The notes under the pieces are model-generated. The model worked only from the letters and a program-made list of their open reading frames with translations. It did no database searches and had not been told where the DNA came from. The position numbers and the translations under genes were made by a program. A stretch of 60,298 nucleotides of DNA, counting the filler, from Hausera hauseri (Eukaryota), in assembly GCA_046269625.1 (NCBI GenBank). It is 10 parts of 10 records of this genome, joined end to end, with 100 filler letters (N's around TTAATTAATTAA, not from the genome) between each part and the next. Parts side by side here need not be neighbours in the genome. Positions count along the whole stretch, not along the records: positions 1 to 6,077 come from JBJURY010144869.1; positions 6,178 to 16,151 come from JBJURY010262176.1; 8 more parts are not named here. The stretch is one strand, 5' to 3'. Positions within the stretch are counted from its first letter, which is position 1. The number at the start of each line of letters is the position of its first letter. Shown piece after piece: positions 1 to 13,200 of this stretch.

Positions 1-1491
1 GTTCCAGTTAGCTTTTTAGAAATGATAGTGACACCCCTATTAGGTAAGCTAACCCAATCCGTTTCGCTACGTCTAAACACTGGTTTACCCAAACTTGCCT
101 TACAGTCTTTTAGGATTGTGGGTTGTGTTGCGTTGTCTAGCAACACCCTAGTGAGGAGCATGGCTAACCGTGGAGTATTCTGATAAATCACAGGAAGCTA
201 TTGTATACATCGTTTTTCTTCGATATTAATTTGTACATTTCTTTTCTCGCACTCATATGTCAGTAGAACTTCGCAAGTAACTCGACCAAAGATTCCTTCT
301 CTCATGGGAATAATCTGTGAGGTTAACTCAGGGTTCGCGTAAATAAAAGCTAATTTTGTCCTGATAATCTCCGTATCCAATTTTCAATCATTATTTATTA
401 TTTTATGGTATAGTTCGGCTATTCCGACTTGTCCTTTATACTAAAAATAATCTTCCCTGTTTTTCAGATAATCCTGGATTCGAATATCCTGCGTTTCTAA
501 GTTATACATTTTCGCGTTTATCTCCGTTTCTGCGACGAAAAACGCTTCGTATTTAGTGGTGAACATTACTACTTCACAACGTAAAATCATTTCTTTTTTA
601 ATGAATTTCAATCCATGTTGATCAGAGACTAGTATCGTAGGTGTGTGATGTTCTAATGAGTCTTTACGTGCTCTGAAACTGGCGTCAAATTTGTCTACGT
701 ATTGTTTCCCGGTAGTTTCATTAAATTTCAGTTCCTTCATCTTAATAAAATTACAGCCCTTTCCGGAGGGCGGTTCCCTTATTACGACAGAACTTCAAAG
801 GGGACATGTTCAGTCTTGTGTGTGGCATTTTTGATTCTCGGTTTATAGCTTTGTCACATTATGGAACATAACTTTCGTAAAAGTCTACTACTACTACAAT
901 TGCTTCCAATCCTTTTCCGGTGTCGTATTCTGCTCCACTACATTGCCTATTATGCATATCTAGCCTTCCCACTACTATCTTATATGCTGTAATTATCTTC
1001 CCAGGCTGCATCTCTAGTTCCATACTATCCCATTTCAGTCTTCCGGTTTCTCTGGCCTGTTTGCAGTGTTGTCTTTCCAAATTCATTGGGATCGGAGGGG
1101 TTGTTGGTTTAATTACCGAGGAGTGTCCGTGCATTAGTCCACAATGAAAGATACTACCAGATCGTCTTAGCATACATTCCATGCCATCCAAAGATATCAA
1201 CTCTTGTTGTTGGTATAGGAAATAGCTCTTCTCCTTTGTTTCCAATTTATGGGGTCTAGCATCCTCGCATGCGTCTAAGTCCATTAGTGAATATTTCAGT
1301 CCGAGTTTAAATCTATCGCAATCGTAAACGTTAACAGCGTCCATCTGTTTTATCAACATGATTATGGTAAGTAAACTTATTAACCAATTAGATTCATTCT
1401 TTCGGTTGTTGTTATCCGTTGTCGTCAAGTTTCGTATGATGTATCCTAGTCCATTATTACTGTTCCTTTTGTCTTCTTCCTTGTCAAACAA
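1..1491 (-). pseudogene. env: Chuvirus-like / gB-type (class III) envelope glycoprotein, N-terminal and central ectodomain
   Basis: A hydrophobic signal-like segment WLISLLTIIMLIKQMDA is followed by VYDC..YSLMDLDAC, FHCG..GHSS, C..A..TG.L and C.G..Y. Downstream 'RTKLAFIYANP...GIFGRVTCEVLLTYEC...C..LPV.Y' is recognisably homologous to 28325-29500. Confidence 0.8.
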
Positions 1492-4400
1492 TTATGGCCA
1501 ATTAACTTCACATGGTAGTTTTCTACATGCTTTTCGCGCCAAACTTGTAGCTAGATTTAGTTTATTTTCCCGATTTGGATTTGTCTTAATTGACAAGTAC
1601 AATAATACTTTTCTTAGCTCTTCTATCGTATTCTACACCATAATCTTTTCAACTACTGCGTCGTCAGTTAGGCTACTTTTTTACAGTTTGAAACGCGAAT
1701 TTCTCATTGCCCTAGCAGCGTTAAATATGCCTTTTCTTTATCGTCTAATGTATCTCCTCGAAGGCTTGAATAATTTACAATACATATTACATTCTTCATT
1801 AAGTCGTTTAACTCTTCATTGTCTGTGCTAAAAGTAGGGATCGACATCTGTCTTAACTCTCTAATCAGCTCTCCGTTATAGTCAATTTCTTCTCGGGACT
1901 TCCTAATACTGCCGATTTGGCGTTTCGGTCTTGGAGCATTAGCTGGCATTCCACTTAACTGTACTAGATTCTTGTCGTATTGTTCCTTGTCTTCGTCTGT
2001 CTAGATACTCGAAATACATTTCCGCATCTCGTACTATCATGATTTTTCCTCCACATTGTTCCGTTTTAGCCTTTTGAGTGGTTTCTTTTTTTGTCTGTTT
2101 ATTGGCTATTGTTACTATTATACTATTCGCTTTGTCGGGATAATTCTGACGTCTATTAACTGTTCTAAATCGTCAAGTATTCTTCCACTAAAGTAAAATC
2201 TGTAATTTAGCTCATTTGTTCCGCCACTGTTTAGTAACCATTTTCTTACGTCCTTTACGTAGGAATAAGTGGTTAGCTCACATTCTTTTTCTTCCATCCA
2301 TTCGGATGGTATCAATATTTTCATTATTATATCAGGTTTAGCCTTCAAGATGTTGGCATACTTCTTTATCAAAAGTTTTGGCACAATGTTGTAAATTATA
2401 TTTTCACTGGATAATTTAGTCAAAGTCAGAATGAGTTGCCTGAGCTTATTTTTAGTCATATTCACATTAATTGATTCCATCAAGTCCTTCTCGGTTAACG
2501 CTGAGTCTACGAGCATCTCCACATTGAATTTCCTGTTCTGTGGATACATTTCTATTTCCTCTAGGTGTACTGGAGCTACCGGATTTTCTGACGTTATTTC
2601 TTCTAAATAAGCATCCCATTCTGGTTTATTCCCAATATCTGGGTGTCCATAGTCTACTAGAGCTGTGTTCGTTCATTGCACATTTTCTCAAATTTCTTTC
2701 AGTCTTGGTTGTATTTCTTTCATCTGCGTAGTTCGGAAACCTATTTCGTTTCCACAGGCATACTGAATCATTTTCAGTAGTTTGAATAATTCGTTAGAAT
2801 TGATTAATCCTTTCTGATGATACTCGGTTAGTTCAATAATTACATCCCTTTGCCATCTCTGCAAGAACTCTCACTTATTTTTGATCTCTGATTTGGTAAA
2901 AGCGTATTTAATCCGATAGCTTTCAAAATCTTTTGCAAGTTCACTTAGCCTCGTTGCTCTTTGTTTTGTTCTTATGCACGTTTCTTCAACTTGTTGTAAT
3001 TTGGGCATCAATTGCCTCATCTTCTTATTGTTAATCTCCGCCATTTCTACCAATAAGTACATTTCATTTACAATTTTTGAGTCGGGATCCATTGCGTCCA
3101 GCAATTTCTTTACGAACTTGGATTCTTCAACACTAAGGGGTTGGTTGTTTCTTATTTTTATCAATTCGATATAGCAATTCTGGTCCGTATCGTCCATCCA
3201 TTCTCGTGGTTTGTGCAAGAATCCTACTGCTTCTATTAGTGCTGCTCTATGTTTTGGACAAATACCTAAAGTTTCGATATCCTGGATCGAAATCTCGTCG
3301 ATAGGTTTTTCTGTTAAATGTTGGATTTCTTCTCGTCGGATGCTTCTTAGCTTAGAGTAAAAATTGCAAATCATATTCTGCTTTTCTGTAAAATTCGTTT
3401 CTGCGATCATTTTATATATTTCTTCCAATATTGTCATTTCTTGCTTCTTCTTCTTCATAAATTTTAATTGTCGTAATGATTTGAATCGTGTCCGGATGTT
3501 AATTTCTGTGTGTATGGTTTTTAAGTTACGTTAACTTTTTCTAGTTGCTTTTTTACAGATGGTTCACTTTTCGGAAATTCCTCCTTACGGTCTTCTACTA
3601 ATGTACTTAATCTCCTTATTAGTTCGTACCATTTTGACATTTGATTGGCGATTATTGGCTTGGATAATATTGCTTTGTCTAGCATTTTGTATGCATCTTT
3701 CAATTCATCATCTGGGCCTTTTATGAAGTTTATAAATTGGCTAACGTAATTGAGCTCATCCTTATATTCGTCGAGTTCTATGATGCAAGCTTTTATTATA
3801 TATTTGGATTCTTCATTATTCACAAACATGATTCGATTTCTTAAACTATTGATCTGCGATCTTTTTTCATTTTCTATTTTGATGAGACTCTACGTCCGCA
3901 CATTGTCTGGTTTCGACAAAGGCAATTTTTATCATCTCCATTAACGGAAAAATATCTATCGGGTCTACACCCAATATTTCTAAATAAGTATCACTTCGAT
4001 TGCTAACCGGTTTTTCTTTAAGCCGATTAATCATTGCATGACGTACCTCATGCACTTTGCTCTGTAAGTTACGAGTCACTATTTTCAACTTATAATTAGC
4101 TTCTAAGGTAGATAGCAGTGTTTGCGCTTTAGCGACTTTTACGCCAATATTATCGTCGTCTTTACTCCATCTTTCTGAAAATTCTACTCCACTCTTAATC
4201 AATGACTCTAATTAATGGTTCCATTTCATCAACGTATCTCGTGGCACCTCTTCTGGTTGTCTTACTTCAATTGCTTCATCGAGTTTCCCTTTACTCCACA
4301 ATTTCAAACTTTTATATAATTTCTATGTAAATTGTTGTTCCTTACAGGATATATCTGTTTGTTTACTGATCTGTTTAAGTCTCTCTGAATTGTGTCGGCG

Positions 4401-4857
4401 TATCTCTGGATCGTGTCATGTAATTCTCATTCTCTTTAGTTCGTCGGCGTTCTTCCATGAACGTCGAACTTTCCATTTTCTCGCATCACGATCATTAATA
4501 TCGTCCGTTTCTTTCTCACTAGCGGGAAGCGGACAAATTTTATTGATTTCGTCATTAACATTTATTATTTCTGGTGTCTTCAAGACTTCTGGAATCCCCA
4601 TTGGCGTGATGGAAGTATCTGAGGACAAGTCTCCTCCCAGGATAGCGGTATAAAGATCTTTTCTTTCCACGTCTTTTTTTTACAGAAGGCCGTGAGCGGG
4701 TCTTGGATCTTCTCTTAGGCGATGGGCTTTTACGTCTATTCTTTGTTATTTTAAGGATTAATGGCCCGATAAATTCGCTTTCAACTTCCTTTGTTATTTC
4801 GTCTGGGTTATGCACTACGGCTTCTATTTCTGCGTTTAAGTCTACGTTTTGAGATGT
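1492..4857 (-). pseudogene. Roughly 1100-codon accessory region of unknown function, including a ubiquitin-like domain at ~2118-2330
   Basis: ORFs 4555-4815, 4416-4670, 3867-4202, 3521-3829, 2871-3458, 2118-2549 and 1704-1949 are separated only by point stops or shifts. ORF 4555-4815 is in frame with gag after one stop. 'VKDVRKWL..GG.NELNYRFYFSGRILDDLEQLIDVRI' resembles the ubiquitin pattern '[21 protein letters not shown]'. Confidence 0.6.
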
Positions 4858-6077
4858 TTATGGTTTCTCTGACTGAGCTATTCCTTGGAGAATCGATTTC
4901 TTGCGCTCCATATTAACATTGTTCGGTGCCAGTGCATATTCTGCTTCCGTTTGTGGTTCTCTTAATCCATGATAGACTTCCATTAATCGTAATTTCTCTT
5001 CATACTCTTTTCTAGCCTTCATTGCTTGAGGATCTGTAGTTTCGCCTAGATTCCTCACAGATCTGCGTAGATCTTGCATTTCAATGATCAGGCTTATATC
5101 GCCTCGTTTACCGCAAATGGTTTCTAAGTTATTTTTAATCATACTTGTTTTGTTCGGTTCAGTAAATGTGACGGTTCTAGGATTTGGACATGATCTAGCG
5201 ATGTGTCCTTCTTTGCCACATGTAAAACAGATTAAATTTCCATTCCGACCAATCCTTTGTGGGCCATCCTCATTCACTGGTGATTTTGAGCTGTTTATAT
5301 TCTTATTCTGGCCCTGTAACATTTGTCTATTATCTCCATTATATCTATTATCATTATTCCGATTATCCGTATATTTAACATTGGGTCGGTAACTACCTTG
5401 GTTTCTATCTGGATTGTAACTTAATTTATTATACGAGTTATATGCATTCCGATTATTACAAGAATTTCTATCGTTTCTTTGATTCCTATTATACACATTT
5501 TGATTCCTGTTATCAAAACCTCGGTTCCGGTTATTATTATTAAATCGTCTGTTGTCTTGATTATCGTTTCTATTCCGGTTATTACTGTCATTATTCCTTT
5601 CATATTTGTCGCCTTGTTGGGCATATTTCTCCAAAGCCATTTCTAAGTCTTGGGCTAATTGTAACGTCCTTTCAAAATTATCGGGCCTGGCCAGAATTAA
5701 CTGTTTAACTAGATCTCTTGATCATATGCCATTTATTAACTGAGTCGTCATCATGACGTCTAAGTCTGGCGGCGTCGCCTTTTCCGCGGCATCACGTTCT
5801 GCGTTTGTCTTAGCTTTTGCTACGTTGGCTATCCTTAAAGTACTTACATAACTATTAGCGAATTTCTTTAATGCAAATGCAAACTGGGTTACCGATTCAC
5901 CCTTTTATTGCACTCTGTTTTGAAATGCCATAAGTTTTTGTTGCAGCGTCACTGTTGGCAATAACTTACGGTTTAAAGCTCCTACTATGGAGAACCAAGA
6001 TTTCTTTTTATCATTAGTAAGCGTTTATCAATAGTAAACGTTTTATTGTTACTTCAGGAGTGAGACTAGAACCTTCC
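4858..6077 (-). pseudogene. gag: Retrotransposon gag with CCHC zinc knuckle
   Basis: Capsid motif 'Q*KGESVTQFAFALKKFA' (~5860-5910), an N/R-rich linker, and the knuckle CFTCGKEGHIARSC in ORF 4858-5640. Confidence 0.88.
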
Positions 6078-6177
6078 NNNNNNNNNNNNNNNNNNNNNNN
6101 NNNNNNNNNNNNNNNNNNNNNTTAATTAATTAANNNNNNNNNNNNNNNNNNNNNNNNNNNNNNNNNNNNNNNNNNNN
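6078..6177. other. Artificial contig spacer (44 N + TTAATTAATTAA + 44 N)
   Basis: The same six-frame-stop linker occurs at 6122, 16196, 20502, 28269, 32796, 37208, 41845, 48184 and 53681. The gaps at 29863-29872 and 56770-56906 lack the linker and are ordinary scaffold gaps. Confidence 0.97.
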
Positions 6178-6384
6178 CTCATCCTAGAACCACATCAATT
6201 TTTTTCTCTGCGGGGGGGGGGAGTTAGGTAATGTGCTCACATCGTACCACTCATGCATGCATTGAATTTCTTGCTACTTACATTATATCACCATACATCT
6301 GATATGAGATAATATATATGTCAAAAAATTGGTAAAAAACATTATAATTAAGAGGCGGCAAAACTTATGTTAGGTATGATGTAT

Positions 6385-6672
6385 GGATGATATATTGAAT
6401 GATTTTCTTCGACACATCAAATTATTCGAAGGATCATAGGAACTTGTCCTTGTCAAATAAAATTTTTGTGGAAATTTACGGACAAAGTAAACAGCAAAAT
6501 TATTACTGCTTATGTTGGACTTTGTTCGAAAATGTACGCTCTTAATGTGGATTAACGAATAAAGAAAATGGCCAAAGGTGTTCACAGAGCTACACTTGAG
6601 AAACATGTCGTTTCAAGATTATATCTGGGTCCTTAACAGGCAATCAACACTATTATCAGACATGAGGCGATT
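6385..6672 (+). pseudogene. Polinton/Maverick-type protein-primed DNA polymerase B remnant (C-terminal region)
   Basis: Across a frameshift it reads FDTSNYSKDH...NKI..(G)KFTDKVNSKIITAYVGLCSKMYAL...KKMAKGV...SFQDY. This matches the typical pPolB 'FDTSNYP.DH...GKFKDE....I.EFVGLRSKMY...KAKGV' block. Confidence 0.8.
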
Positions 6673-6840
6673 TGTAGTTAAATAAAATTTTGAATGTGTT
6701 GCATTACTTTTTTACTTACTTTTTGAATTTAAAAAAGTTCATAATGTAAAGTAAAAGGTGAAATAGTTTTTTATAAATTTTTACTTTTTTAGTAAGAAAT
6801 ACATAACACCAAATCTAATTACAACTGCAAATAAACTTAC
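6673..6840 (+). repeat. Interspersed repeat following a pPolB remnant; second copy at ~20831-21015
   Basis: Both copies start GTAGTTAAATAAAATTTT(G/A)AATGTGTTG, stay alignable to ...AAATACATAA...CAAATC...TACA(A/G)CTG(C/T)AAATAAA, and directly follow pPolB sequence. Confidence 0.75.
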
Positions 6841-7272
6841 AATCACTGTCTTCCGTCTTCGTTCTTCTACAGAAATACTTTTACATGCTTCATTTATCAT
6901 AATGTATGGACATATGAATTTAGCATTTAGATGAAATTTACATGATACATTTAATGAGGGTAAAAGTTTGTTATCACCTTTTACTCCATTTACAGAAATA
7001 TCTGCGAGCTTTTCAATATTTTTTTCAAACTTTTCTTCGCATATCGATTGACAATCATTATCCTCAAATTGTCTTCCAATCTTGAATAATTTGGAATTTC
7101 TCTATTGTACGTTTGTTGGGTTTTTCTTGTACGTAATCAAAATCATACAAAAAATAAATTATAAGGTGATTAAAAATAAACCCTAAGCATTACCCTTATT
7201 TCATAACAAGTAGGTAGAAGTGTATTCTTTACACCCAAAATCTCAAAAGTGCTCAGATCGGCCTGGAAACAA

Positions 7273-10200
7273 GTTTTCCCCACCTAACTCGCAATTCTGA
7301 GCATTTCATATCTCCTCGTCAGAAGACCCTCCTGGCCGGAAGCACATGTCATATGTCGCACATTTTACGAGCTGAAATCGGTAGAGCTTGACGAAGCGAG
7401 AAAAATTTCGTAGCGCGGCGAGAGAAAAAAATTTTATTGGGCGGCGCTAGAAGCAAAAGAAGCAAAACAGGAAATGTTTTACCAGAAACGAGACACGAGT
7501 TACGAAATGCGCAATGTTTGGTGCAAATGTCAAATCCATGTTAGAGAATCGAATGCGCAAAAATTCAACTTCGCCTGACCACGGGAACATTGGGAAAAAT
7601 TGATGGGAAAATTTAAAACCCTAAAAATTTCCTATTGTTCAAATGGATTGAGCACGTAGCGCAAAAGTAGTTCAGCATTTCATATTATAGCCGGCCCACC
7701 ATCAGACCAATGGATCCGGGTGAAAAATGGAACGGAACGAACCAACGAAAGAATCAACGAAGGAAAAAATGAAGGAAAGAACGAACGAAAGAACGAACAA
7801 AAGAATGAATGAAAGAACTAATGAAAGAAGGAACGAACGAGCGAAAGAACTAAAAAACGAAAGAACGAACGAACAAACGAATGAAAGAACGAACGAACGA
7901 TCGAACAAACTAAGGAACGAACGAATGAACGAACGAAAGAAAGAAAGAACAAACGAGAGAAGGAACGACCGAATGAACGAATAAAAGAACGAACGAACAA
8001 ACTAACGAACGGAAGAACGAATAAAAGAATAAACGATAGAACGAATGAAAGAAAGAACGAGCGAAAGAACGAACGAATGAAAGAACAAACGAAAAAAAGA
8101 ACGAATGAAAAAACTAATGAACCGAAGAACGAACGAAAGAACGAACGAAGGAAGGAACGAACGAACGAACGAAAGAAGAAAAGAACGAGCGAACGAACTA
8201 AGAAACGAATGAACGAACGAACGAACGAAAGAACGAACAAATGAAAGAACGATAGGACGAACGAACAAACGAACGAACGAAAGAAAGAAGGACAGAATTG
8301 ACGAACAAATGAACGAACGACAGAACCAATGAAAAAAAGAAAGAGCGAACGAACGAAAGAACAAAGGAACGAAGGAAGGAACGAACGAACGAACGAATAA
8401 AAGATCGAACGAACGAACGGAAGAACGAACGAAAGAACGAACGAAGGAACGAACGATCGAGCGAACGAATGAATGAACGAAAGAACGAATGAAAGAACTA
8501 ACGAAAGAAAAAACGAACAAGAGAAAGAAATAATGAACGAAAAAACGAAGGAAAAAACGAATAAAAGAACGAACGAAGGAGCAAACGAAAGAATAAAAAA
8601 ACGAACGAAGGAACGAACGAACGAACGAACGAACGAACGAACGGATGAACGAACGAACGAGCGAACAAGGGGACAAACTAAAGAACGAGAAAACAAAAGA
8701 ACAAAGGAAAGAACGAACCAACAAACGAACAAATGAACAAAAGGAAGAACGAACGAACGAAAGAAAGAACGAACGAAAGAACGAAAGAATAAATGAACGA
8801 ACGAAAGAACGAACTAAAGAACGAATGAAAAAACGAACGAAGGAACAAACGGACGGACGGACGAACAAATAAACGAACGAACGAACGAAGGAACGATTGA
8901 AAGAACGATCGAACAAATGAAAGAACGAAGGATCGAACGAACGAAAGAATGAAGGTATGAACGAACGAACGAAAGAACGAACGAAATAAACAATGAAAGA
9001 ACGAGCGAACGAACTAAGGAACGAATGAACAAATAAAAGAACGAATGAAAGAATTACGAATGGAAGAACGAACAACAGAACGAATGAAGGAACGAACGAA
9101 CGAACGAGCGAACTAACTAAAGAACGAATGAAAGAAAGAACGATCGAACGAAGGAAAGAAAGAATGAGCGAACGAGCGAAGGAACGAAAGAACGAACGAA
9201 ATAACGAATGAAAGAACGAGCGAACGAACTAAGGAACGAACGAATGAAGGAAGGAACGAACAAACGGACGAAAGAACGAAAGAAAGAATGGACAGTCGGA
9301 CGGACGGACGAACGAACGACCGAACGAACGAAGGCACACACTGACGGACGGACGGACGAACGAACGAACGAACGTTCGATCGAGCTAAGGAACAAAAGAA
9401 GGAACGAAGGAACGAAAGAAAGAACGAACGAGCGAACAAACGATGGAAAAAACGAGCGAACGAAAAAACTAGAGAACGAACAAACGAAAGATCGAACGAA
9501 CGAACGAAAGCATTAATGGTGGAACGGACAAAAGAACGAACGAGCGAATGAAAGAACGAACCAATGAAAGAACGAAAGAACGAACGAACAAAAGAACGAA
9601 CGAGAAAATAAAAGAAGGAAGTAAAGAACGAAAGAAAGAACGAAAAAAGACCGAACGAACGAGCGAAAGAACGAGCGAACGAACGAAAGAACAAACGAAC
9701 GAAAGAGCGAAAGGACGGACGGGCGGGTGGATGGACGAACGAAAGAACGAACGAATGAACTAATGAACGATAGACCGAAAGAACGAAAGAAGGAACAAAG
9801 GAACAAAGGAACGGACGAACGAAAGAACGAACGAACGAAAGAACAAACGAACGAAAGAGCGAAAGGACGGACGGACGGAAGGAGGGACGAAAGAAATATG
9901 GAACGAACGAACTAATGAAAGAAAGGAAGAAAGAACGAAAGAACGAACGAAGGAACGGACGAAAGAAAGAACGAACGAACGAAAGAAGGAACGAACGAAG
10001 GAACGACCGAGCGAACGAGAGCAGGAAAGAACAAAAGAACGAACGAACGAACGAACGAAAGAATGAACGATAGAACGAACGAAAGAACGAATGAACGAAT
10101 GAACAGTCAAACTAACGAAAGAACGAACAAAGGAAAGAAAGATCGAACGAACGAAAGAACAAACGAACGAAAGAGCGAAAGGACGGACGGGCGGGTGGAT

Positions 10201-13200
10201 GGACAAACGAAAGAACGAACGAATGAACTAATGAACGAAAGACCGAAAGAAAGAAAGAAAAAAAGAACGAACAAACGAACGAAAGAACGAACAAAAGAAC
10301 GAAAGAACAAACGAACGAAAGAAAGAATGATCGAACGAATGAGTGATCGAACGAACGAAAGAACAAACGAAAAAGCGAACGAAAGAGAGAACGAACGAAC
10401 GAACGAAAGAACGAAAGAACGAAAGAAAGTAGGAATGGACGGACGAACGAACGGACGGACGAAAGAACGAAAGAAAGAAGGAAAGAACAAATGGAGAAAA
10501 GAACGAACGAACGAAAGAACGATCGAGCGATCGAAAGAAAAAACGAAGAAAGGCGCGAACGGACAAAAGAACAAACGAAAGAACAAAAAGCGAACGAACG
10601 AATGAACGAACGAAAGAAAGAAAGAACGATCGAAAGAAATAACAAATAAACGAACGAACCAACGAACGATAGAACGAAGGAACGAATGAACGAACAAACG
10701 ATATATCGAACGAAAAAAGGAACGATCGAAAGAAAGAAAGAAAAAAGGAAAAAGAGAAGGAACGGACGAACGAACGAACGAACGAACGAATAAATGAACG
10801 AACGAGTGAACGAACGAACGAACAAAAGAGAGATCGAGCGATCGAAAGAAAAAAACGAAGAAACACGCGAACGAACGAAAAAACGAACAAAAGAAAGTAT
10901 GGTTGGACGGACGAACGGACGGACGGACAAAAGAACGAAGGAAAGAAGGAAAGAACGATCAAAATGACAAAAGAACGAACAAAGGATCGATCGAACGAAA
11001 GAACGAACAAACGAAAGAACGAACAAAAGAACGAACGAACAAAAGAACGAAAGAAAGAATGATCGAACAAATGAGTGATCGAACGAACGAAAGAACGAAC
11101 GAACTAACGGAAGACCAAAAGAAAGAAAGAAAAAAAAACGAACGAACGAATGAACAATCGAACCAACGAACAAACGAACGAAAGAAAGAACGAAGGAACG
11201 AAAGAAAGAACGAACAAAGGAGCGAACGAGCGAATGAATGAATGTACGAAAGAACGAAAGAAAGAAAGAACGAACAAAAGAACGAACGAAAGACCGAACG
11301 AAGAAACGAATGAACGAACAAGTGAACGAACGATCGAACGAATGAAAGAACGAACGAACGAACAAATGAACGAAAGAACGAACGATCGAACGAAGGAAAG
11401 AAGGAATGAGCGAACGAGTAAACGAATGAACGAATGAAGGAGGGAACGAACGAAAGAACGAATGAAGCAAGGAACGAACGAAAGAAAGAACGAGCGAACG
11501 AAGGAAAGAAGAAACAAATAAACGAGCGAACAAACAAAAGAACGAACGAGCAAACCAACTAACGAACACAAGAAAGAATGAAAGTACGAACGAAGAAACG
11601 AACGAAGGAAAGAACGAACGAAAGAACGAATGAAAGAACGAAAGAAAAAAAAGAAAGAACGAAAGAACGAGCGAACGAACTAAGGAAAGAATGAAAGAAC
11701 GAACGAAGGAAAGAACGGACGAACGAAAGAAAGAAGGAATTAAAGAAAGAACGAAAGAATGAACGAACAGACGAACGAATGAAAGAACGAACGAAGAAAC
11801 AAATGAAAGAACAAATGAACGAACGATCGAACGAATAAAAGAACGATCGAGGGAACGAACGAACAATTGAACAAAAGAACGAACGATCAAACGAAGTAAA
11901 GGAAGAATGAGCGAACGAGTGAACGAATGAACGAACGAACGAGGGAACAAGCGAACGAACGAATGAAGCAACGAACGAACGAACGAAAAAAAGAACGAGC
12001 GAACGAAGGAAAGAAGGAACGAGCAAACAAACAAACGAGCACATGAACGAATGAACGTAGGAACGAAGGAATAAACGAATGACCGAATGAAGGTATGAAC
12101 GAACGAACGAAGGAACGAACGAAAGAACAAATGAAAAAACGAACGAACGAAAGCATTAATGGTAGGACGGACGAAAGAACGAACGAGCGAATAAAAGAAC
12201 GAACGAGCGAAAGAAAGAAACAACGGAGAAATTAGAGAATAAACGAAGGAACGAACGAACGAACGAACGAACGAACGAACGAACGAACGAACGAACGAAG
12301 GAACGAACAAATGAAAGAGCGAACGAACGAACGAACGAAAGAACGAACGATCGAAAGAAAGAAACAACGGAGGAACTAGAGAAAAAACGAGGGAACGAAC
12401 AAAAGAACGAAGGAATGATCGAAGGAAAGAACGAAAGAACGAACAATCGAAAGAAAGAAAGAACGAAGGAATAAGAGAACGAACGAACGAAATAAAGTAC
12501 GGACGGACAGACGGACGGAAGAAAAAACGAAAGAAAGAAGGAAAGAAAGAAGGGACGAACGAATGAACGATAGAACGAACGAACGAAGGAACGAACGAAA
12601 GAACGAACAAGAGATTGAATGAAAGAACGAAAGAAAGTACGGAAGGATGGACTGACGGACAAAAGAACGAACGAAAGAAGGAAAGAACGAAGGGACTAAC
12701 AAACGAACAAAAGAAAGAACGAACCAGCGATCGAACGAAAGAATGAACGAAAAAAAGAAGGAACGAAAGAACGAACCAACGAAGGAACGAACGATCAAAA
12801 TGACGAAAGAACGAACAAAGGATCAATCGAAAGAAAGAACGAACGAACGAACGACGGAATGAACGAAAGACCGAACGAACGAAGGCACACACTTACAGAC
12901 GGACGGACGAACGAACAAACGAACGAACGTTCGATCGAGCTAAGGAACAAAAGAAAAAACGAAGGAACGAAAGAAAGAACGAACGAGCGAACAAACGATG
13001 GAAAAAACGAGCGAACGAAGAAACTAGAGAACGAACAAACGAAAGATCGAACGAACGAACGAAAGCATTAATGGTGGAACGGACAAAAGAACGAACGAGC
13101 GAATGAAAGAACGAACCAATGAAAGAACGAAAGAACGAACGAACAAAAGAACGAACGAGAAAATAAAAGAAGGAAGTAAAGAACGAAAGAAAGAACGAAA

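Larger units (their letters stand above)
1..6077 (-). mobile_element. Decayed Ty3/gypsy-like retroelement segment: gag - long accessory region - envelope (both ends cut by contig/window edges)
   Basis: All minus-strand ORFs from 6077 to 1 form one colinear series broken by single stops and frameshifts. Gag motifs are at the 5' end and a viral fusion glycoprotein at the 3' end. No protease or RT motif lies between them. Confidence 0.8.
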
